The notes below the pieces were generated by a model that was not told the DNA's origin, ran no database searches, and saw only the letters and a program-made list of their open reading frames with translations. The translations under genes were made by a program, and so were the position numbers. Of a stretch of 64,000 nucleotides of DNA, positions 28,239 to 36,774 are shown piece by piece. Position 1 is the stretch's first letter. The number at the start of each line of letters is the position of its first letter. This DNA is from Opitutia bacterium UBA957 (GTDB lineage Bacteria; Verrucomicrobiota; Verrucomicrobiia; Opitutales; UBA953): contig DBCN01000140.1 of the NCBI GenBank assembly GCA_002293065.1, positions 464 through 64,463 on the forward strand, written 5' to 3'.

Positions 28239-30431
28239 ATGTCTACCTACAAGCACGTCTCTCACCTCTGGAACGACGCCGAAGCGGCGAAGCTCGATCC
28301 GGTGGCCCGTCTGATCTACCGCTCGAATAAGTTGGGCGCCGATCAGCGCATCACCAACACCGGAGGCGGCAACACCTCCTCCAAGATCGTCGAGAAGGAT
28401 CCCCTCACCGGCAAGGATACCCCGGTGCTTTGGGTCAAGGGTTCCGGCGGTGACCTGCGCACGAGCCTCCGCGAGAATTTCTCGTCCCTCTATCAGGACA
28501 AACTCATCGGCCTTCAGTCCGTCTATGCGGCCCGCGCCGATAAGGGTCTGAAGTCCCAGGCGGAAGACGACATGGTGGCGATGTACAACCACACCACGTT
28601 CAACCTGAATCCGCGGGCATCATCCATCGACACCCCGCTGCACAGCTTCCTGCCCGGCAAGCATGTCGACCACATGCACCCGAACGCGATCATCTCGATC
28701 GCCGCTTCCAAGAACTGCGAGGCCCTGACCAAGCAGATCTTCGCCGGCAAGATGGCCTACGTGAAGTGGATGCGCCCGGGCTTCGAACTCGGCCTTGCGA
28801 TGCAGGACATTTCCCGCGCCCAGCCGGACATCAAGGCCATCATGATGGGCCAGCACGGCTTCATCTCGTGGTCCGACGACGACAAGGCCTGCTATGAACT
28901 GACCCTCGCCATGATCGAGCAGGCGGCGGCTTACATCGAAGCCAAGTACCAGGCCAAGGGCGGCGACGCCAAGGCCTTCGGTGGCGCCAAGTACCAGACG
29001 CTCGAAACCGAGCAGCGTCACGCCACCCTCGCGGCCATCCTGCCCTGGCTCCGCGGGCAAGTCTCCAAGGAGAAGCGTTTCGTCGGCACCATCCAGGATG
29101 ACGACAAGATCCTCCGTTTCGTCAACTCGGCCGACGCCCCGCGCCTCGCCGAGCTCGGCACCTCCTGCCCGGACCACTTCCTCCGCACGAAGATCAAGCC
29201 GCTCTACGTGGCTTGGAATCCGCAGGCCGAAGACGTCGCCGCGCTCAAGGCCAAGCTGGCCGCCGGCCTCGAACAGTACCGCAAGGACTACGCCTCCTAC
29301 TACAACGCCTGCAAGCGTTCCAACTCGCCGGCCATGCGCGACGCGAATCCGACCGTCGTCCTCATCCCCGGCCTCGGCATGATCGCCTGGGGCAAGGACA
29401 AGTCCGAGTCCCGCGTCACCGCCGAATTCTACAACTGCGCCGTCGAAGTCATGCGCGGGGCCGAAGCCATCGATGAGTACGTCTCGCTCCCCCAGCAGGA
29501 GGCCTTCGATATCGAGTACTGGCTCTTGGAAGAAGCGAAGCTCAAGCGCATGCCGGCCGAGAAGGAACTCGCCCGTCAGGTGATCGTCGTCGTCGGCGCC
29601 GGTTCCGGCATCGGCAAGGAAACCGCCCATCGCCTCGTCAAGGAAGGTGCCCACATCGTCTGCGTCGACAAGAACGTCGAAGCGGCGCAGGCCACGGCCA
29701 AGGAAATCACCGATAAGCACGGCGTCGGCATCGGCGTCGCCGGTACGGGTCTCTCCAATTGCGGCCCGGCCATCGGTCTGGGCGGCGACATCATGGACCG
29801 CGCTTCCATCCGGAAGATGCTGGACCAGGTCGCGCTCGCTTACGGCGGATTTGACTCCATCTGCGTCACGGCCGGCATCTTCGTCTCGCCCGACACCACG
29901 GGGCACATCCCGGACGACAAGTGGGCCCTCACCTTCGCCCTCAACGTCACCGGCAGCTACCTTGTCGCCGACGAAGCCTTCAAGTCCTGGAAGGATCAAG
30001 GCCTCCGCGGCAACCTCGTCCTCACCACGAGCGCCAACGCCGCCGTCGCCAAGAAGGGTTCCGTCGCCTACGACACCTCGAAGGCCGCCGCCAACCACCT
30101 CGTCCGCGAGCTGGCCATGGAGCTTTCCCCGCTGGTCCGCGTCAATGGCGTGGCCCCGGCGACCGTTGTCCAGGGTTCGGCGATGTTCCCGCGCGACCGC
30201 GTGATCGCGTCGCTCGCCAAGTACAACATTCCTTACACCGAAGATGAGGCGACCGATTCGCTGACGACGAAGCTCTCGCGCTTCTACGCCGATCGCACCT
30301 TGACCAAGAACCCCATCACGCCCGCCGACCAGGCCGAAGCCTATTTCCTCCTCGTGACCAACCGCCTCAGCAAGACGACCGGACAGATCATCACGGTCGA
30401 TGGTGGTCTCCACGAGGCCTTCCTCCGCTAA
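28239..30431 (+). CDS. bifunctional rhamnulose-1-phosphate aldolase / short-chain dehydrogenase (RhaEW/YuxG type)
   Basis: 730 aa. The N-terminal class II aldolase-like part has NTGGGNTSSK, WVKGSGGDL and VDHMHP. The C-terminal SDR has VVVGAGSGIGKE and a YDTSKAA (YxxxK) motif. Confidence 0.9.
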   Translation: MSTYKHVSHLWNDAEAAKLDPVARLIYRSNKLGADQRITNTGGGNTSSKIVEKDPLTGKDTPVLWVKGSGGDLRTSLRENFSSLYQDKLIGLQSVYAARADKGLKSQAEDDMVAMYNHTTFNLNPRASSIDTPLHSFLPGKHVDHMHPNAIISIAASKNCEALTKQIFAGKMAYVKWMRPGFELGLAMQDISRAQPDIKAIMMGQHGFISWSDDDKACYELTLAMIEQAAAYIEAKYQAKGGDAKAFGGAKYQTLETEQRHATLAAILPWLRGQVSKEKRFVGTIQDDDKILRFVNSADAPRLAELGTSCPDHFLRTKIKPLYVAWNPQAEDVAALKAKLAAGLEQYRKDYASYYNACKRSNSPAMRDANPTVVLIPGLGMIAWGKDKSESRVTAEFYNCAVEVMRGAEAIDEYVSLPQQEAFDIEYWLLEEAKLKRMPAEKELARQVIVVVGAGSGIGKETAHRLVKEGAHIVCVDKNVEAAQATAKEITDKHGVGIGVAGTGLSNCGPAIGLGGDIMDRASIRKMLDQVALAYGGFDSICVTAGIFVSPDTTGHIPDDKWALTFALNVTGSYLVADEAFKSWKDQGLRGNLVLTTSANAAVAKKGSVAYDTSKAAANHLVRELAMELSPLVRVNGVAPATVVQGSAMFPRDRVIASLAKYNIPYTEDEATDSLTTKLSRFYADRTLTKNPITPADQAEAYFLLVTNRLSKTTGQIITVDGGLHEAFLR

Positions 30432-30494
30432 ATCGTGCGCGACGCGCTCGGTCCGAAGGAACTTTACCCGGTTTTGGGGGGTTAAAGGAATGTC

Positions 30495-33400
30495 ATGCGC
30501 CCCTTGCTCGCCTTGGTTGCACTCGGTTTAGGCCTTCCGGCGGCGGAGGTCACCCCGCTCAAGTGGTCGGGCGCCATCAACGTGCCGGACCCCGTGGCGG
30601 TGACCGTTGACGAAAAGGGCGCCGTCTACGTCTGCGCCACGACTCGTCGCAAGGTGGCCGACCTGGACATCCGCGAGCATACCCAATGGATCGCCGACGA
30701 CGTCGCCCTGACCTCTCCGCTCGAGAAGGAGGCTTTCTATAAGCGGGTGATGGCCCCCGGCGTCCTTCGTGGCCCACGTGGCAGCGTCAAGGATCACAAT
30801 GGCGATGGCGGCGTCGATTGGAGGGACCTCACCGTCCACAAGGAGCGCATCTACAAGTTGGTCGATTCCGACGGCGATGGTACGGCGGACAAGATCACCA
30901 CCTTCGCCGAGGGGTTCAATTCCGTCGGGGCGGGTATCGCGGCCGGGATTCTCTATCACGATGGTTGGGTTTACCTGACCGCCCAGCCCGACCTTTGGCG
31001 ACTCAAGGACACCGATGGCGACGGCGTCGCCGACCTCAAGGAACTCCTCGTCACGGGCTTCGGGGTCCATATCGCCTATGCGGGGCACGACATGCACGGG
31101 CTCCGACTCGGGCCCGATGGACGCATCTATTGGACGATTGGCGATAAGGGCACGAACGTCGTCAGCAAGGAAGGAAAGCGTTTCTTCTTCCCGCATTCCG
31201 GGGCGGTGCTGCGCGCGGAACCCGACGGCACGGGCTTCGAGGTCTTCGCCGCTGGCCTCCGCAACGTCCAAGAGATCGCGTTCGACGATTTTGGCAACGT
31301 CATCGGCGTCGACAACGACGCCGACCAACCCAAGGAACGCGAACGACTCGTCTACGTCGTCGAAGGGTCCGATACGGGTTGGCGCAATCAGCACCAGTAC
31401 ATGAAGGTGAACAGCCGCTGGATGCGCGAAAACATCTGGCAGCCCGCGGGGGCGCCTGGACAGCCATTGTGCTTCACCCCGCCCGTCGCCAATTATTCGG
31501 ATGGACCGGCGGGCTTTCTCCGCGAACCGGGGCACGCGCTCGATGGCACCCTGCGTGGACACTTCATCCTCGATCAGTTCCCGAACGGCAAGATGGATGC
31601 GTTCACCCTGGAGGCCGCGGCCGACAGTTTCAGGATGGTGGGGCTCCGCACGATCAACCAAGGCATCATGGGCATCGGGATGGCCTGGGGCCCCGACGGT
31701 AAAGCCTACTTCGCCGATTGGATCGGCGGTTATCCGCTCGATGGCAAGGGGGCGGTTTGGAGCATGGGCGTGGCGACGAAAACCGACCCGGTCTCCCAGG
31801 AAATCCTTTCGCTCCCGTTGTCGGCGCCGATTCCCAAGGAACGTCTGCTGGCTTTGCTGGGGCACCGCGACCAGCGGGTCCGGGTCAACGCCGCGCTGCG
31901 GCTGGACCGGCTTGGAGCTTGGGCGGACCTGTTGGCCGTCGCCCTGGATGGCAAGCGCGAGCGCCTCGCACGCATCCACGCGATCTGGGGCTGGGGCATG
32001 GGCTTGCGGCATGGCCAGCTCCCGTCGCTCAAGGGTGTGACCGAGCTGTTGACCGACACCGACGAGGAAATCCGCGTGCAGACGCTCAAGGTGATCGCCG
32101 AAGGTCGCGTGCCTCCGCCCACCCGCTTGACGCGCGAAACCGAAGTCAACGACTTGATCGCCGAGAAGATCATCGCGCAACTCGCCGCTCGGAATCCGCG
32201 CCTCCGCATGCAGGCCGGCCTCACGCTGGGGCGCTTGGGAATCGGTCGCGCCGGTTTGCCGGGCACCCAGGTTCCGGCGGCACGCTTCTTTCAGGATGCG
32301 TCGGCAGACCTGAAGATGCCCTGGCTGCGTCATGGCTTGGTCATGGGGCTGGCGGGGACCCAAAGTCCTGAAGCTTTGCTCAAGTTGGCGCAAGGTCCGG
32401 ACGCCGCCCAAGCCACCTTTGCCACGTTGGCGCTGGCGCGGCAGCGTTCCCCGCTCTTGGCCGAGTTGCTGACCTCACCGCATCCTGATGTCCTCAACGA
32501 AGCGGTTCGCGCCATTCATGACGACGAAGGGGTCCCGGCGGCGCAGCCGGCTTTGGCGCAGGCCCTGGGGCGCGCCGCTTTCCCGGTCACCGCCTTGCGT
32601 CGGGTCATCAACCAGAACCTTCGCGATGGCTCGCCCGCGGCCGCCGCGCGTATCCTCCGCTGGCTGGAGGCGCAGCCGGAGACGGGTGCCTTGGTCGATG
32701 AAGCCCTGCAGGCACTCTTGGTTTATGAACTCCCGCCGATCCTCGACCTCGTGGACGGGACCGCGAAGCGTTACGCGCAACGTGACCGAATTGCTTTGGC
32801 TGCCGTTCTGCGGCAAGGGCAGGCTAAGTTGCTGGCTTTCCGAAACGAGTCGCTGAAAGCGAGCGGGGTCGAGATCCTGGTCCGCTATGGCTTGGATGTC
32901 CCGACTCCCGAACTGCTGAAGTTGGCCCAGGATACCAAGGTAGGCGCTGCCGTGCGTTTGCAGGTCCTCCGACTCCTCGCGGCCAAGGCCGAACCGCGGG
33001 CCGAGATCACCGCCGCCCTCCGCGCGGCGACCAAAGACGGGGTGGAATCGTCCCTGCGCATCGAAGGACTGCAACTGCTGGCCCAAGCTGACCCCGCCAG
33101 CGCTTTGACCGTCGCCCAGCGTTTCCTCGACGTCGCCGGGTCGAACCTCGCCGAGAAACAAGCCGCCGTCCGCATCGTCTTTGCCAGCACCGAAGCGGCC
33201 GCCAGCCAGTCGCGGCTCGTTCTGGTGAACAAGCTCCTGCAACCCAAGTTCAACGACTCCCTTCGCCTCGATGTCTTTTTGGCGGCGCAGGCGTCCGCGG
33301 AGCCCGCGATCCTGGCGGCCCTCCAGCGCTACCTCGACGTGGCGCGTAAGCCCGAGCAGTTGGCCGCGCCGGGCTTGCCCTCCGAACTCTTGATCGCGGG

Positions 33401-33842
33401 CGGCGATCCGTCCCGTGGTCGCGCCCTTGCCCTGGAACACCTCGCCGCCAATTGCGTGGCCTGCCATCGCTTCGAGTCGGATGAAGGCAGTGAAGTCGGC
33501 CCCCTGCTGAAGAAAATCGGCGAGCAGCGGACCGCGGCGGAACTCGCCGAGTCGCTGGTCAATCCGTCGGCGAAGGTCGTGCCGGGCTTTGGCTTCGAGA
33601 CTTTGACCTTGCGGTCGGGGGAGGTCCTCGCCGGCAGCGTCGTCAGCGAGACCAATGAGTCCCTGCGCCTGCGGCAGCCGGACGGAAACGTGAAGGACGT
33701 GGCGCTGAGTGCTATCGCCAGTCGCACCCCGCCGGTTTCGATGATGCCGCCCATGCTGGGGATCTTGAAGCCTGCCGAACTGCGGGATGTCGTCGCTTAC
33801 CTTGCTAGTCTGAGGACGAAGGCTCCGAAGGCTAAGAAGTAG
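30495..33842 (+). CDS. PVC-type heme-binding CxxCH protein (putative membrane-bound dehydrogenase domain + HEAT-like repeats + C-terminal cytochrome c domain)
   Basis: 1115 aa with a signal peptide. The N-terminal part is propeller-like (DGDGTADK, DTDGDGVAD). The central part has a long helical repeat region. The C-terminal part has LAANCVACHRF and ends in MMPPMLGILKPAELRDVVAYL. Confidence 0.85.
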   Translation: MRPLLALVALGLGLPAAEVTPLKWSGAINVPDPVAVTVDEKGAVYVCATTRRKVADLDIREHTQWIADDVALTSPLEKEAFYKRVMAPGVLRGPRGSVKDHNGDGGVDWRDLTVHKERIYKLVDSDGDGTADKITTFAEGFNSVGAGIAAGILYHDGWVYLTAQPDLWRLKDTDGDGVADLKELLVTGFGVHIAYAGHDMHGLRLGPDGRIYWTIGDKGTNVVSKEGKRFFFPHSGAVLRAEPDGTGFEVFAAGLRNVQEIAFDDFGNVIGVDNDADQPKERERLVYVVEGSDTGWRNQHQYMKVNSRWMRENIWQPAGAPGQPLCFTPPVANYSDGPAGFLREPGHALDGTLRGHFILDQFPNGKMDAFTLEAAADSFRMVGLRTINQGIMGIGMAWGPDGKAYFADWIGGYPLDGKGAVWSMGVATKTDPVSQEILSLPLSAPIPKERLLALLGHRDQRVRVNAALRLDRLGAWADLLAVALDGKRERLARIHAIWGWGMGLRHGQLPSLKGVTELLTDTDEEIRVQTLKVIAEGRVPPPTRLTRETEVNDLIAEKIIAQLAARNPRLRMQAGLTLGRLGIGRAGLPGTQVPAARFFQDASADLKMPWLRHGLVMGLAGTQSPEALLKLAQGPDAAQATFATLALARQRSPLLAELLTSPHPDVLNEAVRAIHDDEGVPAAQPALAQALGRAAFPVTALRRVINQNLRDGSPAAAARILRWLEAQPETGALVDEALQALLVYELPPILDLVDGTAKRYAQRDRIALAAVLRQGQAKLLAFRNESLKASGVEILVRYGLDVPTPELLKLAQDTKVGAAVRLQVLRLLAAKAEPRAEITAALRAATKDGVESSLRIEGLQLLAQADPASALTVAQRFLDVAGSNLAEKQAAVRIVFASTEAAASQSRLVLVNKLLQPKFNDSLRLDVFLAAQASAEPAILAALQRYLDVARKPEQLAAPGLPSELLIAGGDPSRGRALALEHLAANCVACHRFESDEGSEVGPLLKKIGEQRTAAELAESLVNPSAKVVPGFGFETLTLRSGEVLAGSVVSETNESLRLRQPDGNVKDVALSAIASRTPPVSMMPPMLGILKPAELRDVVAYLASLRTKAPKAKK

Positions 33843-33881
33843 ACCCTAGGTGGATGTAGGGTTGAACACTCAAACATTGGG

Positions 33882-36134
33882 GTGTTTAATGTTCGCATGC
33901 CCCTCCGCTGCTTATGGCTGCTGTTCCCATGGGTTCTCTGTGCCCAAGTCCCCACGACCAAGGTTTGGCAGAAGCAGTACGAGACTTGGACCAGCGCGAT
34001 CAGCAACACCCGTTTGGAGAACGTGCAGTGGTCTCCTTCCGGTGAGCGGCTGGCCTACAGTTGGCGCACCCCCGAGGGGCGGACGGAGTTCAGGGTCGTC
34101 GAGTGCGCGACGGGTAAGGTCACTTCGGCTTTTGATCCTGCAGCCTTAGCGGAGGCGCTGCGCAAGGAAATCAAACCCCAGGCCGAGGTCCGCAACCTCG
34201 GGGTTTCGCGTGTCCTGCCCCAGGATGACGGCAAGCTCTGGATCGAGGGCAACGGCTTCGTCTGCACCTGGTCGCCCGATGGTTCGATCCAGAAGCAGGA
34301 CGCAAGCAAGGCAGCTGACCTCAAGACGGCACCCGCCGCCGGCCGCATCCGCAGCACCGGCTCACCCCGGATGCTGAGTTCCACCCGTTACGGCAGCAAA
34401 TCTCCCGACGGCCTTTGGCGCGTCACCGTCGAGGGTGCGGAAGTGACGGCGACCGCGACTTCCGGCGAAAAACGCGTGTTCGCCGCCAGCGGCGGCAAGG
34501 GCAACGCGGCCCTCCCCGCAGGCTTTGTCTGGAGTGGCCAGCCCGCCTGGTCTCCCGACGGCAAGCAGTTCGCGCTTTGGGCGACCCGCGCGGTGCCGGT
34601 GCGCAAATACCTCGTCAAGGATTCGGTCAAGCAGACCGAAAAGGAAATCGATTATGATAAGCCGGGCGATGATAAGACGCAGCAATTGGCCTGCGTCTTC
34701 AGCCTGGCGGGCGGTTTTCGCTATCCGGGGCTGGACGTGCTGCCCCTGACCATGAACACCGATCGTCTGGATTGGACGGCCGACTCCCAGCGCCTGCGTT
34801 CGGCTTACACCCTCCGGGGATTCACGGGGCATGGCATCATCGAATTCGACGTCGGGACGAAGCAGTGGCGGAAGCTCCTCACCGAGGAAGATCCGAAGTT
34901 CGTCTTCACCTACGGCAGCTTCTATCGCTACGACCTGCCGGATGATACCACCCTATGGGTGTCGGAACGTTCCGGTTGGACGCATCTGTATCGGGTGGAT
35001 TTGCGCACCGGTGCCACGCTCAACGCCGTGACGTCGGGTGCATGGGTGATGAAGTCGGTCCTGCATGTCGACGAAGCCGCGCGGCAGGTGACCTTCGTCG
35101 GCCTCGGCCGCAATCCGGGCGAAGATCCGTACTACCGTCAGGTCTACCGCGTGAACTTCGATGGCACCGGCCTGGTCGCGCTGACGAGCGGCGATGGCAC
35201 GCACGACGTCGTGTTCGGCCCCGGCCGCAAGTACCTCATCGATTCCTTTTCGCGGGTGGACCTGCCGCCGCGGTTTCTGCTGCGGCGCGCCAGCGATGGG
35301 CGCGAAGTGGCCAAGCTCGGCGAAGCCGATGATGCCAAGCTGCGGTCCGCGGGTTGGGAGCCCCCCCGCCGCTTCGTCGCCAAAGACCGCGCCGGCAAGT
35401 TCGACATCCATGGCGTCATCGTCCGGCCCTTCCCCTTTGATCCGCAGAAGAAATACCCCGTCATCGAGTACATCTACGCCGGCCCCCAAGACTCCTTCGT
35501 GCCCAAGTCCTTCGCGGTCTGGAACGCTTCCTTCCGCGAACCCTCTTCGCAGGATTTCTATGTGGTCAAGATGGACGGGCGCGGCACGTGGAATCGCGGC
35601 AAGGAGTTCCATCAGGAGTGTTGGCGCAACCTCGGCGACGCGGGTTTGCCCGATCGCGTCGCATGGCTGAAGGCGGCGGGTCGCGTCGAGCCGCAGATGG
35701 ACCTGACCCGCGTGGGCATCTTCGGTGGCTCCGCGGGTGGTCAGAACGCCGTGCACGCCTTGCTCCGGCATGGCGATTTTTACAAGGCGGCGGCCGCGGA
35801 TTGCGGCTGTCATGACAACCGCGTCGATAAGTTGTGGTGGAACGAGCAATGGATGGGTTACCCCGTGGGCCCTTGGTACGCCGCCAATGCGTGCCTCACG
35901 GAAGCCCATAAACTGCAGGGCAAGCTCTTCCTCACGGTCGGGGAGTCCGACACCAACGTGGACGTCAAGTGCACCTATGACCTGCGCGACGCCTTGCTCG
36001 CCGCCGGCAAGAAGGACCTCCTGGAATTCACCGTCATCCTTGGCGGCGGCCATGGCGCCTGCGAGCGTGAAGACATGCGGGTCAAACGCGTGGACTTCTT
36101 TCGCCGCGCCTTGGGTGGTCCGCTCCCCCGCTAA
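33882..36134 (+). CDS. S9-family serine peptidase (dipeptidyl-peptidase IV-like)
   Basis: 750 aa with a signal peptide and an N-terminal DPP IV-type propeller. The catalytic nucleophile context is VGIFGGSAGGQNA. The C-terminal part is an alpha/beta hydrolase with VGESDTNV and GGGHG. Confidence 0.85.
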   Translation: MFNVRMPLRCLWLLFPWVLCAQVPTTKVWQKQYETWTSAISNTRLENVQWSPSGERLAYSWRTPEGRTEFRVVECATGKVTSAFDPAALAEALRKEIKPQAEVRNLGVSRVLPQDDGKLWIEGNGFVCTWSPDGSIQKQDASKAADLKTAPAAGRIRSTGSPRMLSSTRYGSKSPDGLWRVTVEGAEVTATATSGEKRVFAASGGKGNAALPAGFVWSGQPAWSPDGKQFALWATRAVPVRKYLVKDSVKQTEKEIDYDKPGDDKTQQLACVFSLAGGFRYPGLDVLPLTMNTDRLDWTADSQRLRSAYTLRGFTGHGIIEFDVGTKQWRKLLTEEDPKFVFTYGSFYRYDLPDDTTLWVSERSGWTHLYRVDLRTGATLNAVTSGAWVMKSVLHVDEAARQVTFVGLGRNPGEDPYYRQVYRVNFDGTGLVALTSGDGTHDVVFGPGRKYLIDSFSRVDLPPRFLLRRASDGREVAKLGEADDAKLRSAGWEPPRRFVAKDRAGKFDIHGVIVRPFPFDPQKKYPVIEYIYAGPQDSFVPKSFAVWNASFREPSSQDFYVVKMDGRGTWNRGKEFHQECWRNLGDAGLPDRVAWLKAAGRVEPQMDLTRVGIFGGSAGGQNAVHALLRHGDFYKAAAADCGCHDNRVDKLWWNEQWMGYPVGPWYAANACLTEAHKLQGKLFLTVGESDTNVDVKCTYDLRDALLAAGKKDLLEFTVILGGGHGACEREDMRVKRVDFFRRALGGPLPR

Positions 36135-36137
36135 GCC

Positions 36138-36668
36138 ATGCCCTATCACCCTCCTGGTCTCATCGAGCTGCGCTTGGCCAACGCCAATCAGCTCTTCAAT
36201 ACGATGGACCCGTCGCCGTTCCATGAACGCGACCTCGATCACGACGCCGAAGAATTCATCGTCAGCTGGGCCCGGGAGCAAAGCCCGGAGGTGGCGCTGC
36301 GCTTGCGCATCGTCCTGAAGCAGCCGGCCGATGACACCGTGGCTCGCATGGTCCAGGAGTCCGTGAAGCACTACTTCGAGTACCGGGCGCAGAACAGCCG
36401 GCGCGAGGTCAAGGAGCTCATGCGCGAGGGGCGCACCTCGCTCCTGATCGGCTTGGTCTTCTTGGGGTTGATGTTGGCCATCCGCAGTTGCTTGCCCGAG
36501 GCGGGGATGTGGAGCGATTGGTTGCGGGAAGGCTTGATCATCAGCGGCTGGGTCGCCCTCTGGAAACCGATCGACATCCATCTCTACCGGTGGTGGCCCA
36601 TCCGCCGGTTGCGTCGGCTGCAGGACCGCCTGGCGGCCTGTCCCGTCGAGGTCGCCTTCGAGCCCTAA
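36138..36668 (+). CDS. hypothetical membrane protein (two predicted TM helices)
   Basis: 176-aa ORF starting 3 nt after the peptidase stop. It has a hydrophilic N-terminal half, then LLIGLVFLGLMLAI and GLIISGWVALW. I recognise no family. Confidence 0.6.
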   Translation: MPYHPPGLIELRLANANQLFNTMDPSPFHERDLDHDAEEFIVSWAREQSPEVALRLRIVLKQPADDTVARMVQESVKHYFEYRAQNSRREVKELMREGRTSLLIGLVFLGLMLAIRSCLPEAGMWSDWLREGLIISGWVALWKPIDIHLYRWWPIRRLRRLQDRLAACPVEVAFEP

Positions 36669-36699
36669 CCCTCGCCCGCGAATCGGCTTATTCCTGAGG

Positions 36700-36729
36700 A
36701 AAATCGTAAAATTACGATTTTTTTACGAT
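36700..36729 (+). promoter_or_regulatory. AT-rich inverted repeat AAAATCGTAA-AA-TTACGATTTT followed by a third TTACGAT copy; weak terminator or operator
   Basis: 10-bp arms at 36700-36709 and 36712-36721. The direct repeat of TTACGAT lies at 36712-36718 and 36723-36729, with a T-run between the copies. A consensus TTGACA hexamer follows at 36736-36741. It lies between the 176-aa and 607-aa ORFs. Confidence 0.35.
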
Positions 36730-36774
36730 GTGGCATTGACAGGGGGGTGTCCTGCCTCAATCCAAACCCTTCGC

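Noticed and set aside
28620-30413. 597-aa minus-strand ORF opposite the aldolase/SDR fusion gene. Similar long antisense ORFs lie at 12654-14426, 30528-32411, 34953-36581, 36832-38448, 44142-45767, 51801-53372, 59008-60792 and 61805-63115.
   Set aside because: All are antisense to genes with strong family signatures. None has a motif I recognise. This is a GC-rich shadow-frame artefact.
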